From: an uncultured Acidobacteriota bacterium
Lineage (GTDB): Bacteria; Acidobacteriota; Vicinamibacteria; Fen-336
Direction of reading: 5' to 3'
Assembly (NCBI GenBank): GCA_963720545.1
Contig: OY970399.1
Coordinates: forward strand, 3,136,001-3,200,000
Length of the DNA stretch: 64,000 nucleotides
Shown here: piece after piece, positions 1-11,216 of the stretch
How positions within the stretch are numbered: position 1 is the stretch's first letter
How the letters are laid out: every line of letters starts with the position of its first letter
Program-made: the position numbers and the translations under genes
The notes under the pieces: model-generated
What the model was told of the DNA's origin: nothing
The model's input: only the letters and a program-made list of their open reading frames with translations
Database searches by the model: none

Positions 1-705
1 GTGATCGCCCTCGCGCCGGCCGTGGAACGGTTCGATCGCATGCCCCGGCGCCTGGAACTCGGAACTCACCGCGGCGCCGTCCGCGGCGGTGACGACACCG
101 TAGACGTATTCGATGTCGGTGAGCCGCCCCCACGTTGCCAGCAAGCGGTCGGCAGGCGTGCCGCCGTCTTCGTTGCTGAAGACGACGGTGTAGCGCAGCC
201 GCGTGCCCGCGGCCACCTGGTCTTCCTCCACGTACATGATGAGCGGCACGTCGCTGAAGCGGCCGATGGTGTCGCGGCGGATGTAAACGAAAGGTGAGTG
301 CGCGAGGCGGCGGCCTTGCGGCGACGCGGAATCGATGGCAGCGAGTTCCAGGCTCTCGACCATCGCCGCCCGGACCTTCCTGGCGCTGCGCGTGCGGTCG
401 ATGCGTACCTCCACCTGGTGCGTGCCGGGCTCGAGGCGTCCCAGCGCGATGCGATAGGGAGCGGGCCGCGCGCCTCGGGTCAGGAACAGGTGCTGCGAAT
501 AGCGGCCATCCACGTTCACCACCAGGGCGGCGGCTTCCTGCCCCTTGCGCTGCCAGTCGCATTCCGCGCACGACGCCGTGATGGTCGCGACTATTTCCGA
601 CTGCGCGGCAAGCGCGAGCGTACGCGTGGCGAGCGCCGCGTCGTCGATTGTGGCCGGGGCCATGGCCGTGGCCGCGGTGACGAAGAGCGATGCGAGGAGC
701 GCCAT
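1..705 (-). CDS. Exported hypothetical protein (3' end runs off window)
   Basis: Manually translated open frame from ATG 705: MALLASLFVTAATAMAPA...YTVVFSNEDGGTPADRLLATWGRLTDIEYVY. Signal-peptide-like N-terminus. Absent from the ORF track because it has no stop in the window. Confidence 0.75.
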   Translation of the reverse strand, partial: MALLASLFVTAATAMAPATIDDAALATRTLALAAQSEIVATITASCAECDWQRKGQEAAALVVNVDGRYSQHLFLTRGARPAPYRIALGRLEPGTHQVEVRIDRTRSARKVRAAMVESLELAAIDSASPQGRRLAHSPFVYIRRDTIGRFSDVPLIMYVEEDQVAAGTRLRYTVVFSNEDGGTPADRLLATWGRLTDIEYVYGVVTAADGAAVSSEFQAPGHAIEPFHGRREGDH

Positions 706-736
706 CGGCGCACGAAGCTATAATGGCCGCGCTCCA

Positions 737-1765
<1,029 letters not shown>

Positions 1766-1774
1766 AATCGGCAG

Positions 1775-1822
1775 TTGACAGGCGAAATGTGCGCGAGTAG
1801 CTTCGCGATTGGAACGTTGCAA
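1775..1822 (+). promoter_or_regulatory. Sigma70-type promoter with adjacent palindromic operator
   Basis: TTGACA (1775-1780), 17 nt, TAGCTT (1798-1803). Near-palindrome TTGGAACGTTGCAA (1809-1822) lies over the expected start site. Confidence 0.65.
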
Positions 1823-1917
1823 GAAAATCACCGTTTCGCCCCCACGCCATCACGAACGCCGGTCAAAGTGACATCGAAGTGCCCGACAGACCGCTCGTAG
1901 TCCGAGGAGGATTTGAG

Positions 1918-4900
1918 ATGAAGCGCATCGTTGCCGCCCTGGGATTGATGCTCGCGCTGGCGCTCCCGGCCATGGCCCAAATCGATCGTGCATCGCTGAC
2001 CGGCACCGTGAAGGATTCGCAGGGCGCGCTCGTCCCCGGCGCCGCGGTGACCGCGACCCACATCGCCACGAACGTTGCTGCGAGGACCCGGAGCAACAAT
2101 TCCGGAAGCTTCCTCATCGTCAACCTGCGCTCGGGGCAATACCTCGTCGAGGTGGAGGCCGCCGGCTTCGAGAAGACCCAACAGTCGGTCATCCTCGACA
2201 CTGGCCAGCGCGGTGCGCTCGACTTCACGGTCGGCGTCAGCGGCGTCAGCGAATCGGTCACCGTCCAGGAAGGCCAGCGCCTGCTGAGCACAACTCAGTC
2301 GAACCTCGGCGCGGTCATCGAGCAGAACGCCGTCGCCAAGCTGCCGCTCGCGATTCGCAACTGGGACGACCTGCTGGCGCTGGTGCCCGGCGTGCAGGGC
2401 GACCGCTTCACCGAACAGGGCGGCGGCACTTCGTTCGGCCGCACCGGCGGCATCAACGTTCACGGCGCGCGTTCGTTGCAGAACAACTTCCTGCTGGACG
2501 GCGTCGACAACAACAGCATCTCCGAGAACGTGCAGGAGCTGACGACCCAGGTGTCGCGCCCCTCGGTCGACGCCATACAGGAGTTCAAGGTAGTAACCAG
2601 CCCGTTCACCGCCGAGTTCGGCCGCTCGCCCGGCGCCGCGGTCAGCGTGGTCACGAAGTCCGGGACCAACGAAATCCACGGCACGGCCTACGACTTCTAT
2701 CGCAATGAGGGCTTCGACTCGAACGACTTCTTCTCGAAGCGCGCCAACCTGCCGAAGCCGCCGAACGACCAGAACCAGTTCGGCGCCAACATCGGCGGCC
2801 CGATCCGCAAAGACCAGGCGTTCTTCTTCGCCGACTACGAAGGCACGCGCATCACTCGTGGCGTCACCCGCATCACCCGCGTGCCCAGCGCGAGCGACCG
2901 CGCCGGCATCTTCTCGACCGCCATCAAGGACCCGGTCACCGGCCTGCCGTTCCCCGGCAACACCATCCCGCAGGACCGCATCGACCCGTTCGCCGCCGGC
3001 ATCCTCGGCCTGGTGCCACTGCCGAACCAGTCGGGCGCCAACAACTTCGCGCGCCAGGCCAACATCGAGGACAACTCCGACCGCTTCCTTTCGCGCCTCG
3101 ACCTGCGCGCGAGCGACAGCGACTCGGTGTTCGCCCGCTACATCTACTCGAATCGCTCCCGCAACATCCCGGGCGCCTTCGACGGCGTCGTCGACGGCAC
3201 CGGCACCTCGGCGTTCGGCAACCAGAAGATCAAGACCAACGCTCTGGTCGCCGGCTGGACGCACATCTTCTCGCCCACCGTCGTCAACGAGTTCCGCTTC
3301 TCGTGGTCGAAGTCGGTGTCGGACGCAGTGCAGCGGCCCTTCGGCCTCGCAACCCCGCCCGAGGCGACCATTCCGGGGGCGATCAACAACCCGGTCGTCG
3401 CGGGCGGCCTGCCGGGCATTACCATCGACGGCTTCTTCGGCGGCTCCGGCCTTGGCCGCATCGGCTCGCCCGACTTCCTGCCGAAGTTCCAGCACACCAA
3501 CCAGTTCGAGTTCATCAACAGCGTCTCGTGGCTGCGCGGCGACCATGCGTTCAAGATCGGCGCCGACATCATCGCGCCGATGAAGAACCAGTACTTCGAC
3601 GTGCCCGCCACCCGCGGCGCGCTGCGCTTTCGCAACTCGTTCACCGGCAACGCGATGGCCGACTACCTGCTGGGCTACGCCTCCGACCTGCAGCTCTCCA
3701 ACGTGTTCGTGGTCGAGCAGCGCCACTGGGCCTCGATGTTCTTCGTACAGGACGACTGGAAGGTGAACGAGAACCTCACCCTGAACCTCGGCCTGCGCTA
3801 CGACTTCATCACCCCGGCGCTCGAGGCGCAGAACCGCCAGACCAACTTCGATCCCGCAGGCACCGGCTCGCTGGTGTTCGCCTCCGACGGCTCGCTCGAG
3901 GAGCGCGGCCTGGTGAAGGCCGACAAGAACAACTTCGCGCCGCGCTTCGGCTTCGTCTACAAGCTCGACGAGAAGACCCTGGTGCGCGGCGGCTTCGGCA
4001 TCTTCTACAACCTGTTCGACCGGGTTGGCAGCGAAGACCAGCTGGCGCTGAACGTCCCCGGCCTGGTCAACAAGCAGCTGACGCAGACGAGCGGCGCGCC
4101 GGTGATGATCCTGCGCAACGGCTTCCCGGCGAACTTCCTCAACCTGCCGAACCTCGATCCCGCGGCCGGCCAGCTGAAGGCGCTGCGCATTCGCGCGGTC
4201 TCCGAGGACGCGCCGAAGACCACGATGAAGCAGGCGAGCATCGGCTTCCAGCGCGAGGTGCTCGACAACGTGGTGCTGTCGCTGGACGGCATCTGGACCA
4301 AGGGTACGAACCTCGGCGCGCTCATCAACCTCAACCAGCCGCTGCCGAACGCGGCCGGCAACAACGCGCTCGGCGCCTTGCCCTACCCCAACTTCGGCTT
4401 CATCGAGTGGCGCACGCAGACCGGGCGCTCGCAGTACAAAGGCATCGACCTCGGTCTCGACAAGCGCTTCGCCGACGGCTACAGCTTCGGCGTCTCGTAC
4501 ACGCTCGGCGACTCGAAGGACAACACCTCCGAGCAGCTCTCCACCCAGGGCTCGAACGCCTTCCCGCAGAACTCGCGCGATTTCGAGGCGTGGTACGGAC
4601 CGAGCGACTACGACGTGCGCCACCGCCTCGCCGTCAACTTCGTGGTCGAGCTGCCGTTCGGCGCGAACAAGAAGTACCTGAACTCCGGTGTCGGCCGAGC
4701 GATCCTCGGCGGCTGGACCGTCTCGGGCATCTTCACCGCCCGGTCCGGACGGCCGTTCACGGTCAACCAGGCCAACAACAACGTCGGCGCCAACATGACC
4801 GGTCTGCCCAATCAGGTTGGCGACCCCGACGGCCCACAGACGGTCGACGAATGGTTCAACAAGGCCGCGTTCCAGGCGGTTACCTCCGGAACCTTCGGCA

Positions 4901-5142
4901 ACGAGGGACGCAACCAGCTGCGCGGGCCGAACTACCGCTCGTTCGACCTGACCTTCTCGCGGCGTTTCGGTTTCAGCGAGCGCGTCGGCGCCACGCTGCG
5001 CCTCGACGTGTTCAACGTCTTCAACCGCACCAACTTCGGCTTGCCGAACCGCAACCTGACCGACCTGGCCACGCTGGGCACGATCACGAGCCTCGGCGGC
5101 GATGCGCGCATCATGCAGGTCTCGGCCCGGCTCCAGTTCTAG
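1918..5142 (+). CDS. TonB-dependent receptor with N-terminal carboxypeptidase-regulatory-like domain (Oar-like)
   Basis: GGAGG RBS, signal peptide, NNFLLDGVDNN, IQEFKV, KSGTNEIHG, QDDWKV..LNLGLRYD, C-terminal Phe. Confidence 0.93.
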   Translation: MKRIVAALGLMLALALPAMAQIDRASLTGTVKDSQGALVPGAAVTATHIATNVAARTRSNNSGSFLIVNLRSGQYLVEVEAAGFEKTQQSVILDTGQRGALDFTVGVSGVSESVTVQEGQRLLSTTQSNLGAVIEQNAVAKLPLAIRNWDDLLALVPGVQGDRFTEQGGGTSFGRTGGINVHGARSLQNNFLLDGVDNNSISENVQELTTQVSRPSVDAIQEFKVVTSPFTAEFGRSPGAAVSVVTKSGTNEIHGTAYDFYRNEGFDSNDFFSKRANLPKPPNDQNQFGANIGGPIRKDQAFFFADYEGTRITRGVTRITRVPSASDRAGIFSTAIKDPVTGLPFPGNTIPQDRIDPFAAGILGLVPLPNQSGANNFARQANIEDNSDRFLSRLDLRASDSDSVFARYIYSNRSRNIPGAFDGVVDGTGTSAFGNQKIKTNALVAGWTHIFSPTVVNEFRFSWSKSVSDAVQRPFGLATPPEATIPGAINNPVVAGGLPGITIDGFFGGSGLGRIGSPDFLPKFQHTNQFEFINSVSWLRGDHAFKIGADIIAPMKNQYFDVPATRGALRFRNSFTGNAMADYLLGYASDLQLSNVFVVEQRHWASMFFVQDDWKVNENLTLNLGLRYDFITPALEAQNRQTNFDPAGTGSLVFASDGSLEERGLVKADKNNFAPRFGFVYKLDEKTLVRGGFGIFYNLFDRVGSEDQLALNVPGLVNKQLTQTSGAPVMILRNGFPANFLNLPNLDPAAGQLKALRIRAVSEDAPKTTMKQASIGFQREVLDNVVLSLDGIWTKGTNLGALINLNQPLPNAAGNNALGALPYPNFGFIEWRTQTGRSQYKGIDLGLDKRFADGYSFGVSYTLGDSKDNTSEQLSTQGSNAFPQNSRDFEAWYGPSDYDVRHRLAVNFVVELPFGANKKYLNSGVGRAILGGWTVSGIFTARSGRPFTVNQANNNVGANMTGLPNQVGDPDGPQTVDEWFNKAAFQAVTSGTFGNEGRNQLRGPNYRSFDLTFSRRFGFSERVGATLRLDVFNVFNRTNFGLPNRNLTDLATLGTITSLGGDARIMQVSARLQF

Positions 5143-5240
5143 GGCTTCACCAGAGCCGTCCACCGCGCCGGCCAGCAGCACCGGGCCGGCGCGTGCGCGC
5201 CTGAATACAACCGTTCATCCCTGACGCAAACGAAAGGCAA

Positions 5241-6152
5241 GTGGCGAGCGTGGCGATGCGTGTCGGCAATGCACCTGTGAGCTGGGCGGTCTACGAGGCC
5301 GACCGCCCGAACCCCCCGTACGCGATGGTCCTCGACCAGATCGCCGCCGCGGGCTACGGCGGCACCGAGCTGGGGCCCTACGGCTACCTGCCGACCGACC
5401 CCGCGGCGCTGCGCGCGGAACTGGCGCAACGCGGCCTCGGCCTCGGTTCGTCGTTTGTGCCGGTATCCCTCGAGTTCGCGGCGAGCCGCGCCGCGGCGGT
5501 GGCGCACGCGCGCGAAGTCGGCGCGCTGCTCGCGAGCCAGGGGGTGAAGGAGCTGATCCTCGCCGACGACGAAGACCAGCACCGCAGCGCTGTCGCCGGC
5601 CGTGTCCAGGGCAGCGACGGCTGGTCGGACGCACAGTGGGCGAACGCGGTGACGACCGTGAACGCCGTCGCGCGCACGCTGCGCGACGAGCTCGGCATGG
5701 GCGTGGTGCTGCACCACCACGCCGGCACCTTCATCGAGACGCCCGATGAGATCGAGCGCTTCCTGAGCGCGACCGATGCCGACACCGTGGGCCTGCTGCT
5801 CGACACCGGCCACCTCGTCTACGGCGGCGGCGACCCGGTGGCGCTGGTGCGCCGCCACGGCGCGCGCATCCGCTACGTGCACCTCAAGGATGCGCGCGGC
5901 GAGGAACTCGCACACATTCGCAGCAGCGACATCGGCATGGCCGACGCCTGGGCGCGCGGTGTCTTCTGCCCGCTGGGCGACGGCGTCGTCGATTTTCCGG
6001 GCGTCATCGAAGGGCTGCGCGGCCACGGCTACGACGGCTGGGTGATCGTCGAGCAGGACGTGGTGCCGGATGCTGCCGGCAAGCTGGTGCCCGAACCGTT
6101 CGCGAGTGCGCGGCGCAGCCGCGCCTACTTGCGCGACGAGCTCGGCCTGTGA
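5241..6152 (+). CDS. Sugar phosphate isomerase/epimerase TIM barrel, myo-inosose-2 dehydratase (IolE)-like
   Basis: GNAPVSW, ELGPYGYLP, HHHAGT, LDTGH, VHLKD, VEQD motifs. Confidence 0.85.
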   Translation: MASVAMRVGNAPVSWAVYEADRPNPPYAMVLDQIAAAGYGGTELGPYGYLPTDPAALRAELAQRGLGLGSSFVPVSLEFAASRAAAVAHAREVGALLASQGVKELILADDEDQHRSAVAGRVQGSDGWSDAQWANAVTTVNAVARTLRDELGMGVVLHHHAGTFIETPDEIERFLSATDADTVGLLLDTGHLVYGGGDPVALVRRHGARIRYVHLKDARGEELAHIRSSDIGMADAWARGVFCPLGDGVVDFPGVIEGLRGHGYDGWVIVEQDVVPDAAGKLVPEPFASARRSRAYLRDELGL

Positions 6153-7249
6153 GCCGGCCGCTGCGCGTCGGTGTCGTCGGCTGCGGCGGCATCGCGCAGA
6201 TGATGCACCTGCCGACGCTTGCCGAACGTCCCGACCTCTTCACCATCGCCGCGCTCGCCGACGTCAGCGCGCAGACGCTGCGGGCGGTCGCGGCGCGCTA
6301 CCCGGCACCGCTGCTGACGCCGGATCCGGAGGCGGTGTTCGCCTCGCCCGAGGTCGAAGCGGTGCTGCTGCTGCACTCCGGCACGCACCACGAAGGCGCC
6401 ATCCGCGCGCTCGCGGCTGGCAAGCACGTGTTCGTGGAGAAGCCGGTGGCTTTCAGCCTCGCCGACACCGAGGCGGTGGCGCTGGCCGCGCGCCGCGCCC
6501 GCGGCACCTTCATGGTGGGCTATCACAAGCGCTACGACCCGGCGTACGGCGCCGCGCGCCGGGCGGTGCGGAGCATGAAGCAGCTGCGCTTCGTGGACGC
6601 GACCATCCTGCATCCCGACGACGGCGCCTACCGCGCTCACCATGCCGTGCTGCCCTGGCGCGCCTGGCGCGAACAGCCCGAAGCGGCGGTGTTTGCCGCC
6701 GCCGCGCGCGACGCGGAGAGAGGGCCCACGGCGGCGGCGATCGCGGCGACCGTGGGGAAGCGCGGCGGCCGCGCGCGGCGCGTCGCCGTGTCGATGCTGT
6801 TCCAGAGCCTCATTCACGACATCAACGCGCTGCGCGGCATCCTCGGCGAACCACTCGAGGTCCTCTCGGCACACACCTGGATGGACGGCATGGCGCAGTC
6901 GTCGCTGACGCGCTTCGCGGGCAATGTGCGCGTGGCGCTCACCTGGATTTATGCGGGCGGGCTCAAGAACTACGACGAGCGCGTGATCTTCGTCGCGCCA
7001 AGCCGCCGCGTCGAGCTGCGCTTCCCGTCGCCCTACCTGCGCAACGCGCCGACGCCGCTCACCATCGAACGCGCCGCCGCCGCTGATGAGCTGGTGGTGG
7101 AGCGCCACACCGTGAGTTACGACGAGGCCTTCCAGCTGGAGCTGCACCACTTCCGCGATTGTGTCCTGCGCCACAAAAAACCGCAGACCGGGATCGAAGA
7201 CGCGCTCGGTGACGCGAAGTGGATAAAGGCCATAGCAACTCGCTTGTAG
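6149..7249 (+). CDS. Gfo/Idh/MocA family oxidoreductase (inositol dehydrogenase-like)
   Basis: VGVVGCGGIA Rossmann motif, GKHVFVEKP. Start overlaps the upstream stop (GTGA). Confidence 0.88.
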   Translation: MSRPLRVGVVGCGGIAQMMHLPTLAERPDLFTIAALADVSAQTLRAVAARYPAPLLTPDPEAVFASPEVEAVLLLHSGTHHEGAIRALAAGKHVFVEKPVAFSLADTEAVALAARRARGTFMVGYHKRYDPAYGAARRAVRSMKQLRFVDATILHPDDGAYRAHHAVLPWRAWREQPEAAVFAAAARDAERGPTAAAIAATVGKRGGRARRVAVSMLFQSLIHDINALRGILGEPLEVLSAHTWMDGMAQSSLTRFAGNVRVALTWIYAGGLKNYDERVIFVAPSRRVELRFPSPYLRNAPTPLTIERAAAADELVVERHTVSYDEAFQLELHHFRDCVLRHKKPQTGIEDALGDAKWIKAIATRL

Positions 7250-7270
7250 CGCGAGCTAGACTGCGCAGCC

Positions 7271-8143
7271 ATGCCGACCGATGCCGCGCTGCTGGCCGAG
7301 GTGCCGTTCTTCGAGCTGCTGAGCGAAGACGAGCGCGTCGAGCTGGCCGCGAGCGCCGAGGTGCTGCGCTTCGAGCCGGGTGAACTGGTGTTTCGCTTCG
7401 GCGATCCGGGCGATTCGCTCTACGTGGTCCGCCATGGAGTCGTCGAGGTGTTCACCAAGGACGACACCGGCCGCCGCATCGTGCTCGAGTCGCCGGGCGC
7501 CGGCGATTTCTTCGGCGAGATCTCGCTGCTCGACAACGGCCCGCGCACCGCGTCGGTGATGGCGGCGAAAACCACCGAAGTGCTGCGCGTCGGCCGCCGT
7601 GAGATCGCACTTTTGCTGGTCAGCCATCCGGGTGCTGCCATGAGTGTGCTGGCTGCAACCGGCCGGCGGCTGCGCAAGACCGCGGACCTGCTGCGCCACA
7701 CGGCGTCGCGCAACGTCAACGCCGAGGCCGAGGACAAGCGCGGCGCGGTGCAGAAGGCCGCCGACTGGATCTCGGAGTTCAGCGGCAGCCTGCCGTTCCT
7801 GTTCCTGCATCTGTGCTGGTTCGGCACGTGGCTCGCCCTCAACACCCGCATCGCGGCGGAGCTCGGCCTGCCGCAGGCGCTCACCGGCTTCGATCCGCCG
7901 CCCTTCGGCCTTTTGACGCTGATCGTGTCGCTCGAGGCGATCATCCTCTCGGTGTTCGTGCTGCTCAGCCAGAACCGGCAGGCCGCGAAGGACCGCGTGC
8001 GCTCCGACGTGGAGTACGAGGTGAACCTCAAGGCGGAGCTCGAGATCGCCCACCTGCACGAGAAGGTGGACCACATGAACAGCGCCATCCTCGAGCGCCT
8101 CTCGACACTGGAGCGCAACGGAGCGAGCGCCAAACCCCGGTAA
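7271..8143 (+). CDS. Cyclic-nucleotide-binding domain + DUF1003 membrane protein
   Basis: GDFFGEISLL..PRTAS cNMP motif. FDPPPFGLLTLIVSLEAI..LLSQNRQ is DUF1003-type. Confidence 0.85.
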   Translation: MPTDAALLAEVPFFELLSEDERVELAASAEVLRFEPGELVFRFGDPGDSLYVVRHGVVEVFTKDDTGRRIVLESPGAGDFFGEISLLDNGPRTASVMAAKTTEVLRVGRREIALLLVSHPGAAMSVLAATGRRLRKTADLLRHTASRNVNAEAEDKRGAVQKAADWISEFSGSLPFLFLHLCWFGTWLALNTRIAAELGLPQALTGFDPPPFGLLTLIVSLEAIILSVFVLLSQNRQAAKDRVRSDVEYEVNLKAELEIAHLHEKVDHMNSAILERLSTLERNGASAKPR

Positions 8144-8291
8144 ATATTGCGCGCGGGCCTTTTTTTCTGGATCTGCGCGCTTGCGCTCGTTACTCTCGGC
8201 TAAACATCGTGCCCGCGTGAGCCGAAGGCTTGCCGCGAGCGAACCTCACACGACGCGTTGACGCGTCCCTCTTCCCTCCGGGAGGGACCCC

Positions 8292-9851
8292 TTGCTTAAT
8301 CCTCGCTACCTCAGCCACTGCCGTAGCTTCGCCTTTGCGGCCGCCGTTGCCTCAGCCTTCGTTCCCTCGACCTCGACACGCGCCCTCGGCGCCGACCAGG
8401 CCGTGCGCGGCGGCGTACAAGGCGCGTGGGGCCCGCGCTACACGCCGCGCGGTCATCACCCCTGGCCGCGGTACCCGCGGCCATTCGACCTGACGCAGCG
8501 CATCCTGCTTTGGAACCAGATCGCGGTCGACGCCAGCGGCTTCGACCACACGCCGCCGGCGCCGGGCGAAACCCGCGTCTTCGGCGAGCAGCTCGGCCCC
8601 GGCCGCTCCGCGCGCGCCATGGCCATCGTCCACATCGCGCTCTTCGACGCGCTCGCGTCGATCACTGGCGGCTATGAAACCTTCACCGGCCTGCGCTCCA
8701 GCCGCTTCGCCTCGCCGGATGCGGCGATCGCGCAAGCGGCACACGACGCGCTCGTCTACGCGTTCCCGTCGCAGGCCGCGGCATTCGACGCGCTGCTCGC
8801 CGAGGACCTCGGCCGGCTGCGCGACGGATGGCGCAAGGCCGAGGGCATCGAAGCGGGCCGCCGCGCCGCCGCGGCGATCGTCGACGACCGCCGCAGCGAC
8901 GGGTCCGACCATCCCGAGCCGCGCCTGGGCGTCGACTGGCAGACGAGCATCGATCCCGGCCACTGGCGCCAGGATCCGATGAGCCTCGGCCCGCTCGCGC
9001 TGGGCGCGCACTGGGCGGAGGTGCGGACGTTCGTGCTGGAGTCGGCCGACCAGTTTCGCGTGCCGCCGCCGCCCGACATGACGAGCCCCGAATACGCCGC
9101 CGCCTACGCGGAGGCGAAGCGCCTGGGCGGCGTGGGCGTCCCGATCACGGCCACCGACCGCACCCCGGAACAGACGCAGATCGGCACCTACTGGGCATAC
9201 GACGGCACGCCCTCGCTGTGCGCGCCGCCGCGACTCTACAACCAGATCACGACCACCATCGCGAAGCAGCGCGGCACCCGCGGTGTCGCACTCGCGCGCC
9301 TGCTGGCGCTTCTCAACGTGTCGCTGGCCGACGCCGGCATCGCCATCTGGGAGTCGAAGTACCACTACGACGTCTGGCGGCCGATCACCGGTATCCGCGA
9401 GTCCGATCCCGGCACGGGCCAGACCGGTATCGGCGACGGCAACCCCGCGACCGGCGGCGATCCCGGCTGGACGCCGCTGGGCGCACCCGCGAGCAACCTG
9501 AGCGGGCCGAACTTCACGCCGCCGTTCCCGACCTATCCGTCCGGCCACGCCGGCTTCGGCGGCGCGCTGTTCGAGGTGCTGCGCCGTTTCTACCGCACCG
9601 ACCGGATCCGCTTCACGTTCACCTCCGACGAGCTGAACGGCGAGACGGTCGGCAACGACGGCCACGTGCGGCCGCTGGTGCCGCGCACCTTCAATTCGCT
9701 GTCACAAGCCGAGGAAGAGAACGGCCAGAGCCGCATCTACCTCGGCATTCACTGGAGCTTCGACAAGGTCGAAGGCATCCGCCAGGGACGGCAGGTGGCC
9801 GACTACGTCTTCGCGCGCACGTTCCGGCCGCGCTGGCCGTTCTTGCGCTGA
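8292..9851 (+). CDS. Vanadium-dependent haloperoxidase (PAP2 superfamily), probably exported
   Basis: Vanadate-binding motifs K-x6-RP (SKYHYDVWRP), YPSGHA, SRIYLGIHW. GGAGG precedes the TTG start. Confidence 0.88.
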   Translation: MLNPRYLSHCRSFAFAAAVASAFVPSTSTRALGADQAVRGGVQGAWGPRYTPRGHHPWPRYPRPFDLTQRILLWNQIAVDASGFDHTPPAPGETRVFGEQLGPGRSARAMAIVHIALFDALASITGGYETFTGLRSSRFASPDAAIAQAAHDALVYAFPSQAAAFDALLAEDLGRLRDGWRKAEGIEAGRRAAAAIVDDRRSDGSDHPEPRLGVDWQTSIDPGHWRQDPMSLGPLALGAHWAEVRTFVLESADQFRVPPPPDMTSPEYAAAYAEAKRLGGVGVPITATDRTPEQTQIGTYWAYDGTPSLCAPPRLYNQITTTIAKQRGTRGVALARLLALLNVSLADAGIAIWESKYHYDVWRPITGIRESDPGTGQTGIGDGNPATGGDPGWTPLGAPASNLSGPNFTPPFPTYPSGHAGFGGALFEVLRRFYRTDRIRFTFTSDELNGETVGNDGHVRPLVPRTFNSLSQAEEENGQSRIYLGIHWSFDKVEGIRQGRQVADYVFARTFRPRWPFLR

Positions 9852-9881
9852 GCTCCCCGGGGAGCCGCCTAGGCGGCTCCC
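9852..9881. terminator. GC-rich palindromes between convergent genes (possible bidirectional terminator)
   Basis: Perfect 22-bp palindrome GGGAGCCGCCTAGGCGGCTCCC (9860-9881). No U-tract. Confidence 0.35.
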
Positions 9882-10753
9882 TCGACCGCCGCATCGATCG
9901 CGGCGGAAACATCCGGTCGATCCGTGCGGAACTGCGCGGCGTTCTTCGGCAGCAGCTTCACGTCGCTGGCGATGCCCAGCAGCGACAGCGTGCGGATGAT
10001 CACCCAGTTGGTGTCGAACTCCCACCACGCGTGGCCATGGCGCGCCGAGCGCTGGAAGGCGTGGTGGTTGTTGTGCCAGCCCTCGCCCCAGGCGAGCAGG
10101 CCGACCCACCAGCAGTTGGTGGAGCCTTCGGGCGTGTTGTAGGTGCGGTAGCCGAAGGTGTGTGCCGCCGAGTTCACGAGCCAGGTGACGTGCACCGTGG
10201 TGACGATGCGCAGGAACACGCCCCAGGCGACGAGGTGGAAGCCGCCCCACGCGTAGAGGGCGAGGCCGACGAGGATGTTCGGCAGGACGTGCACGCGGTT
10301 TGCGATCCGGTGCACGGGGTCGGCGACCATCTCGGGCGCGTAGCGCTTCTCGAGTTCGCGGCGGTCGGTGCCGAGCTCGGTGAAGATCCAGCCCCAGTGC
10401 GCCCACCAGAAGCCGTCCTTCGGCGTGTGCAGGTCCTTCTGCGGGCGGTCCGACATGATGTGGTGGTAGCGGTGCATCGCCACCCACGAAATGGCGCCGC
10501 CTTCGGAGGCGAGCATGCCGCAGAAAGTGCCGAAGTACTCGAACCACTTCGGCACCTTGTAGCCGCGATGGGTGAGCAGGCGATGGAAGGTCACGCCGAT
10601 GCCCATCGAACCGCCGAGCCAGTGGAGGAACAGGAAGACGAAGAGGCCGGTCCACGAGAACTGCGTGAACGCGAACAGTGCGAGGACGTGGACTACTCCG
10701 AAGTAAACGACGTTCACCCATTCGAAGCGGTGTCCGTTCCAGGTCAGGGCCAT
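9869..10753 (-). CDS. Delta-9 type acyl-lipid/acyl-CoA fatty acid desaturase
   Basis: Three His boxes: HRLLTH, HRYHH, HNNHH. Confidence 0.92.
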   Translation of the reverse strand: MALTWNGHRFEWVNVVYFGVVHVLALFAFTQFSWTGLFVFLFLHWLGGSMGIGVTFHRLLTHRGYKVPKWFEYFGTFCGMLASEGGAISWVAMHRYHHIMSDRPQKDLHTPKDGFWWAHWGWIFTELGTDRRELEKRYAPEMVADPVHRIANRVHVLPNILVGLALYAWGGFHLVAWGVFLRIVTTVHVTWLVNSAAHTFGYRTYNTPEGSTNCWWVGLLAWGEGWHNNHHAFQRSARHGHAWWEFDTNWVIIRTLSLLGIASDVKLLPKNAAQFRTDRPDVSAAIDAAVEGAA

Positions 10754-10895
10754 GTCTTCCTTCTTCTCCAGAAACAGCGTGATTGGGACAGGATCGTCAC
10801 AAACGAAGCTAACAGTCCATGGCTCAGTCGTTTGTCAGAGTTGTGTAATACGTGCTCCAACCCACCCGGGGGTGCTAGCATCCCCTAAGTAACTT

Positions 10896-11216
10896 ATGGG
10901 TGAGTTCCTGCCGGGTACCCTCGACATGTTGGTGCTGAAGACGCTGTCGCGCGGCGAAGCGCATGGCTATGCGATAGCGCTCGCGATCCAGCGCGCCTCC
11001 GCCGAGGTCCTGAGCGTCGAGGAGGGGGCGCTCTACCCGGCGCTCCATCGCCTCGAAGTGCGCGGCTTCCTGAAGTCGCGCTGGGGCACGTCCGACAACA
11101 ACCGGCGCGCGAAGTACTACCGCCTCAGCGTCCTGGGCGAGCGCGAGCTGCAGGCGGAGACCGCCTACTGGAGCCGCGTCGCCGCGGCCGTGACGCGCGT
11201 GGTGGAGTCGTCTTGA
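10896..11216 (+). CDS. PadR family transcriptional regulator (acidobacterial type)
   Basis: GTLDMLVL, HGYAI, EEGALYPALHRLE, NNRRAKYY. Confidence 0.93.
   Translation: MGEFLPGTLDMLVLKTLSRGEAHGYAIALAIQRASAEVLSVEEGALYPALHRLEVRGFLKSRWGTSDNNRRAKYYRLSVLGERELQAETAYWSRVAAAVTRVVESS

Noticed and set aside
1828..5181. Very long antisense or alternate-frame ORFs (also 11165-13891, 17863-21837, 33345-36242, 48148-51135)
   Set aside because: Shadow ORFs of well-supported genes, expected in high-GC3 DNA, with no protein motifs.
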